A DNA stretch of 64,000 bases from an uncultured delta proteobacterium (GTDB lineage Bacteria; Myxococcota_A; Polyangia; Fen-1088): positions 96,001-160,000 of the forward strand of contig CAVYGB010000013.1 of the NCBI GenBank assembly GCA_963767925.1, written 5' to 3'. This document shows, in pieces, positions 60,710 through 64,000 of the stretch. Within the stretch, counting starts at the first letter, position 1. Each line of letters begins with the position of its first letter. Both the position numbers and the translations under genes were made by a program. A model generated the notes under the pieces. That model was not told the DNA's origin, made no database searches, and saw only the letters and a program-made list of their open reading frames with translations.

Positions 60710-63061
60710 TCAGGGCGCGGCCGGCGGCTGCGCGGCCGGCGGCTGCTCCGGCGGCGGCTGCTCCGGTGGCGACCCGGGGGGGGGCTGGGGCGGCACGGCG
60801 TCGAGCTCGCTCAAGGCCTGCTCCAGCTCGGTGGTGAGGGCCTCGGGGATCTCGCGCTCGCCGTAGCGGGCCGCGCCGTAGTGCTCGCTGAGCTGGCTGA
60901 GGGCGGCGTGCCCGGGCAGCGCCGCCGCCTTCAGGCGGGCGGCGAACTCGCGCGGCGTCTCGTCGGGCGCCCGGGTCCAGCCCCGCCGGGCCAGCCGGGT
61001 GAGGGTGCTCTGGTACAGGCGGTAGATGCGCGGCCCCCCGTGGCGCGTTCCGCGGGAGGTCCGGGTGAACGGGTTGGCCAGGCGCAGGCGCCCGCGCAGG
61101 AAGCGGACCAGCAGGTAGAGCAGGGTGGCTCCCCCGGCCGCGCCCAGCATCCAGCGCAGGATGCGCTTGGTCTCGCGCAGGTCGAAGCTGGCCTGCCCCA
61201 CGCCCACGCCGCGGCCGATGCGGCGGGCGATGTCGATCTGCCGGCTGACGTCGTAGTCGATCACCCAGCGCGACCAGAAGAACTCCACCGAATCGAAGAG
61301 CTGGCGCACCCGCCCCATGCGCGAGCCGCGCCCCGCCGAGGGGGTGGCGTCGATGCGCACCCAGCCGGCCGGGCCGATGTAGGCCTCGACCCAGGAGTGG
61401 GCCCGGTTGTCGCGCACGGTGAGGTACTTGCTGATGCCGTTCCACTCGCCCCCGAGGAAGCCGTTGACGTAGCGGCTGGGCACCCCCGACAGGCGCAGCA
61501 AGACCGCCGCCGCCGAGGCGAAATATTCGCAGTGGCCCGCCCGCTGATTGAAGATGAAGTCCTCCAGGGGGTCGGCGATGCGTTTGTCCCGCTTGAGATC
61601 GGTGGTGTATTCGTGGGTCTTCTGCAGCCACTCGATGATGGCGAGCGCCTTGGCCATGGGCCCCGGCTTCCCCTCGGTGATCCGGCGGGCCAGCTCGCCC
61701 ATCCGGGGGGACAGGGTGGGGGGCACCACCAGGTAGTTGTCGAGCCGGTTGCCGTCGGCCTGCAGCTCGGCGAGGGCCCGCCCGCGCCGGAACAGCGCCC
61801 GGCCACTGGGCAGCCGGGAGTAGGCGAAGTAGCGGGCCCCGGCGAAGTCGGTGACCCCCGAGCCGGGCGACGATCCGACCACCCGGGTCTGGCGCAGGCC
61901 CACCTCGCCGCCGTAGCGCTTGTCCATGGTCAGCTTGGTGAAGGCGCCGGGCGCGGGCGGGGGGACCCGGAAGGCCAGCGGCTCGTCGAGGGCGAAGGCC
62001 ACCGGGTGCGACAGGCCCACCACGTTGATCTCCTGCTCCTCGAGGCCGGCGAGCTGGCGCTCCGAGCCCAGCCGGCGCAGGTCGTCCGGCGCCTCCGGGC
62101 TGCGCACCAGGTAGAGATCGCTGCCGTCCGAGGAGCCCGGCTCGTCGAGGATGGTGAGGCTGCCCCGGTTGCGCGAGCGCAGCCACTGCCCGTTGCTGTA
62201 GGTGTCGTAGACCGTGCCCCTCCAGTAGAGCAGCCCGATGGCGTTGTCCCGGGCGCCCTCCTCCTCGATCGTCTCCAGGCGGGGGACCCGCACCCACAAC
62301 ACGACGGTCTGGTTCTCGTTGGAGATGAGGCCGTGGTGGCCCAGCGTCACCTCGTCGGAGAAGCCCACGATGTTGACTCGGCGGCGCAGGCCTCCCGAGA
62401 GGAAGCCGATGCCGACCCGGGGGATCACGGCGAACACCATGATCGCCCCCACGAACACGCCCACCGCCATCAGCCCGGTGGCCAGGAAAAACGGCCGCCC
62501 CACCACCCGCCGCGAGTTGAGCACCCGCGCCGCCGTCACCTTCTCCGAGCCGGCCTCGGGCAGGTGCTTGATGAGGTAGTTGTCCTCGATCTCGCGCCGC
62601 AGGTGAAACAGGATCAGCGTCCAGGTGGCGAGGATGACGTAGGTGACGAACCCGAACACGAAGACGATGCTCTGGGCGAGCCAGGCCGCCGCCAGCACCA
62701 CCAGGAACGACAGGATGTAGATCTGGAGGTAGTCGCGGTTGTTGCGCCGGTGGAACAGCTTGTAGCCGAGCAGGAAGAGGACGACGTTGAGGATGGGGGT
62801 CAGCTCGGGCTCGGGGAAGCTGTCGATCACCTCGAACAGCGACAGCCCGAAGAAGGCCAGGGCCAGCACGTTGAACACCAGCCCGGCCTTGTCGAGGAGC
62901 TGACCCATGGTGGTGCCGGCCTCGACGAACCAGGAGAGGGCGCCCAGCACGAACAGCAGGATCCAGGTGGTGGCGGGGACGCTGCCGGTGGCCATCAGCG
63001 TGCCGAGGGCCGCCGCCGCCAGCAGGTACGACATCAGCTTGTGGACCGCCCGGAACCTCAT
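60710..63061 (-). CDS. DUF3488/transglutaminase-like membrane protein (TgpA family)
   Basis: N-terminal TMs; YWRG, GHCEYFAS, HSWVE, DATP; C-terminal ETPREF...Y..ARY. Confidence 0.9.
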   Translation of the reverse strand: MRFRAVHKLMSYLLAAAALGTLMATGSVPATTWILLFVLGALSWFVEAGTTMGQLLDKAGLVFNVLALAFFGLSLFEVIDSFPEPELTPILNVVLFLLGYKLFHRRNNRDYLQIYILSFLVVLAAAWLAQSIVFVFGFVTYVILATWTLILFHLRREIEDNYLIKHLPEAGSEKVTAARVLNSRRVVGRPFFLATGLMAVGVFVGAIMVFAVIPRVGIGFLSGGLRRRVNIVGFSDEVTLGHHGLISNENQTVVLWVRVPRLETIEEEGARDNAIGLLYWRGTVYDTYSNGQWLRSRNRGSLTILDEPGSSDGSDLYLVRSPEAPDDLRRLGSERQLAGLEEQEINVVGLSHPVAFALDEPLAFRVPPPAPGAFTKLTMDKRYGGEVGLRQTRVVGSSPGSGVTDFAGARYFAYSRLPSGRALFRRGRALAELQADGNRLDNYLVVPPTLSPRMGELARRITEGKPGPMAKALAIIEWLQKTHEYTTDLKRDKRIADPLEDFIFNQRAGHCEYFASAAAVLLRLSGVPSRYVNGFLGGEWNGISKYLTVRDNRAHSWVEAYIGPAGWVRIDATPSAGRGSRMGRVRQLFDSVEFFWSRWVIDYDVSRQIDIARRIGRGVGVGQASFDLRETKRILRWMLGAAGGATLLYLLVRFLRGRLRLANPFTRTSRGTRHGGPRIYRLYQSTLTRLARRGWTRAPDETPREFAARLKAAALPGHAALSQLSEHYGAARYGEREIPEALTTELEQALSELDAVPPQPPPGSPPEQPPPEQPPAAQPPAAP

Positions 63062-64000
63062 GCGCTCTTGCGCGCGCCTCCGCCGCCGAGGGTCTCGACC
63101 GTCGGTCCGCCCGCGCCTCCGCCCGGGCGCACGTGCACCCGGGCCAGGTTGCGGGTGGCCGCGCCGGGCAGGGGGCGGGCGGTCCCATTTTGCACCAGGG
63201 CCAGCGAGGAGAGGATCTGGTGGGCCTGCAAGGCGCCTCCGGCCGGTGGGATGAAGGCGCCGCCGGCGGCGAGCGCCACCTGGAACCCACGCTTGATGAG
63301 CTGCACCGCGATCGAGGCGGCCATCGACACCGCCGCCTCGAACCCGGCCGGATCGGCCCGGGCGTCGTCGTCCAGCACCACCACCACGCTGCGGCTGCTC
63401 TCGTCCTCCGACTCGCGGATGAAGTAGCGGCCCCGCCGGGCCGAGACCCGCCAGTGGATGTCGCGGGGGTCATCGCCCGTGCGGTACTCGCGCAGGCCGT
63501 AAAACTCGCCCCGCCGGTTGAGGCTCTTGGTCTGCTTGCGGCCGTGTTCGACCCGCCGGCCGAAGATCAGGTGGTCGGCCACCGGCACAAGCGCGGGGAA
63601 GACCAGCAGGCGGGCGGGCGCGTCCACGTCGCGCGACTTGCGGATGAGGCCGAAGGGAAAGCGGGTCGACAGCCGGAACCCGGTCAGCTCGTGGTACCCC
63701 CGCTGGGGCAAGATGTTGCGGTAGGCCGTCTCCTGCACGCGTCCCGCGGGCAGCTTGAGGTAATAGCAGCGCCGGTCGACCGGGCGCCCCGCCACCAGGT
63801 CCTCCACCTCGAGCGAGAAGGTCGGCAGGCGGCCCTTGTTGTTGCGCACGGCGATCCCCATCAGGTAGGGGGTGCCGGCGTGGATGGCGGCCGGTGGCCG
63901 GCGGGTCACCTCCAGCCCGCGCAGGCACAGCTCGGAGAGCACGCCGCTGGCCAGGATGAGGAAGATCATCATCCCGAACACGAGGAACAGCAGGTTGATG
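63058..64000 (-). CDS. DUF58 protein (start outside window)
   Basis: TRFPFGL, EFYGLREYRTGDDPRDIHWRVSAR, VVLD. Confidence 0.9.
   Translation of the reverse strand, partial: INLLFLVFGMMIFLILASGVLSELCLRGLEVTRRPPAAIHAGTPYLMGIAVRNNKGRLPTFSLEVEDLVAGRPVDRRCYYLKLPAGRVQETAYRNILPQRGYHELTGFRLSTRFPFGLIRKSRDVDAPARLLVFPALVPVADHLIFGRRVEHGRKQTKSLNRRGEFYGLREYRTGDDPRDIHWRVSARRGRYFIRESEDESSRSVVVVLDDDARADPAGFEAAVSMAASIAVQLIKRGFQVALAAGGAFIPPAGGALQAHQILSSLALVQNGTARPLPGAATRNLARVHVRPGGGAGGPTVETLGGGGARKSA

Overview
High-GC bacterial window whose gene content points to Myxococcota (DUF1552/DUF1592 pair, FHA-sigma54 activator, Ser/Thr kinase-STAND-TPR proteins, Cys-rich lipoproteins); the taxon is inferred, not shown. 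Ordinary chromosomal genes occupy 1-17.5 kb and 33.5-64 kb: bshC, a PIG-L/SSS operon, fabI, an RssB/RssC-like pair, pcm, minCDE, ribF, tctCBA and DUF58/TgpA. They flank an eroded ~15.7 kb mobile island (~17670-33407). The island contains, left to right: (1) a collapsed integron-type cassette array (one intact attC, one half attC; nucleotidyltransferase, antitoxin, Doc stub, JAB fragment); (2) an HNH remnant; (3) a complete IS66 with no target duplication; (4) the left end of an IS21-like element carrying Zn-finger and ParB genes behind a highly structured leader; (5) cargo genes; (6) a four-layer nest IS3 > group II intron > ExeA-type transposon > second group II intron; (7) an excisionase-tyrosine integrase pair followed by a 25-nt tmRNA-like att core with the alphaproteobacterial GGCAGTA T-loop. 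Several conserved genes carry single-base frameshifts that look like sequencing or assembly errors. No rRNA, full tRNA/tmRNA or CRISPR array was seen. All family assignments come from motif recognition by eye, without database searches.
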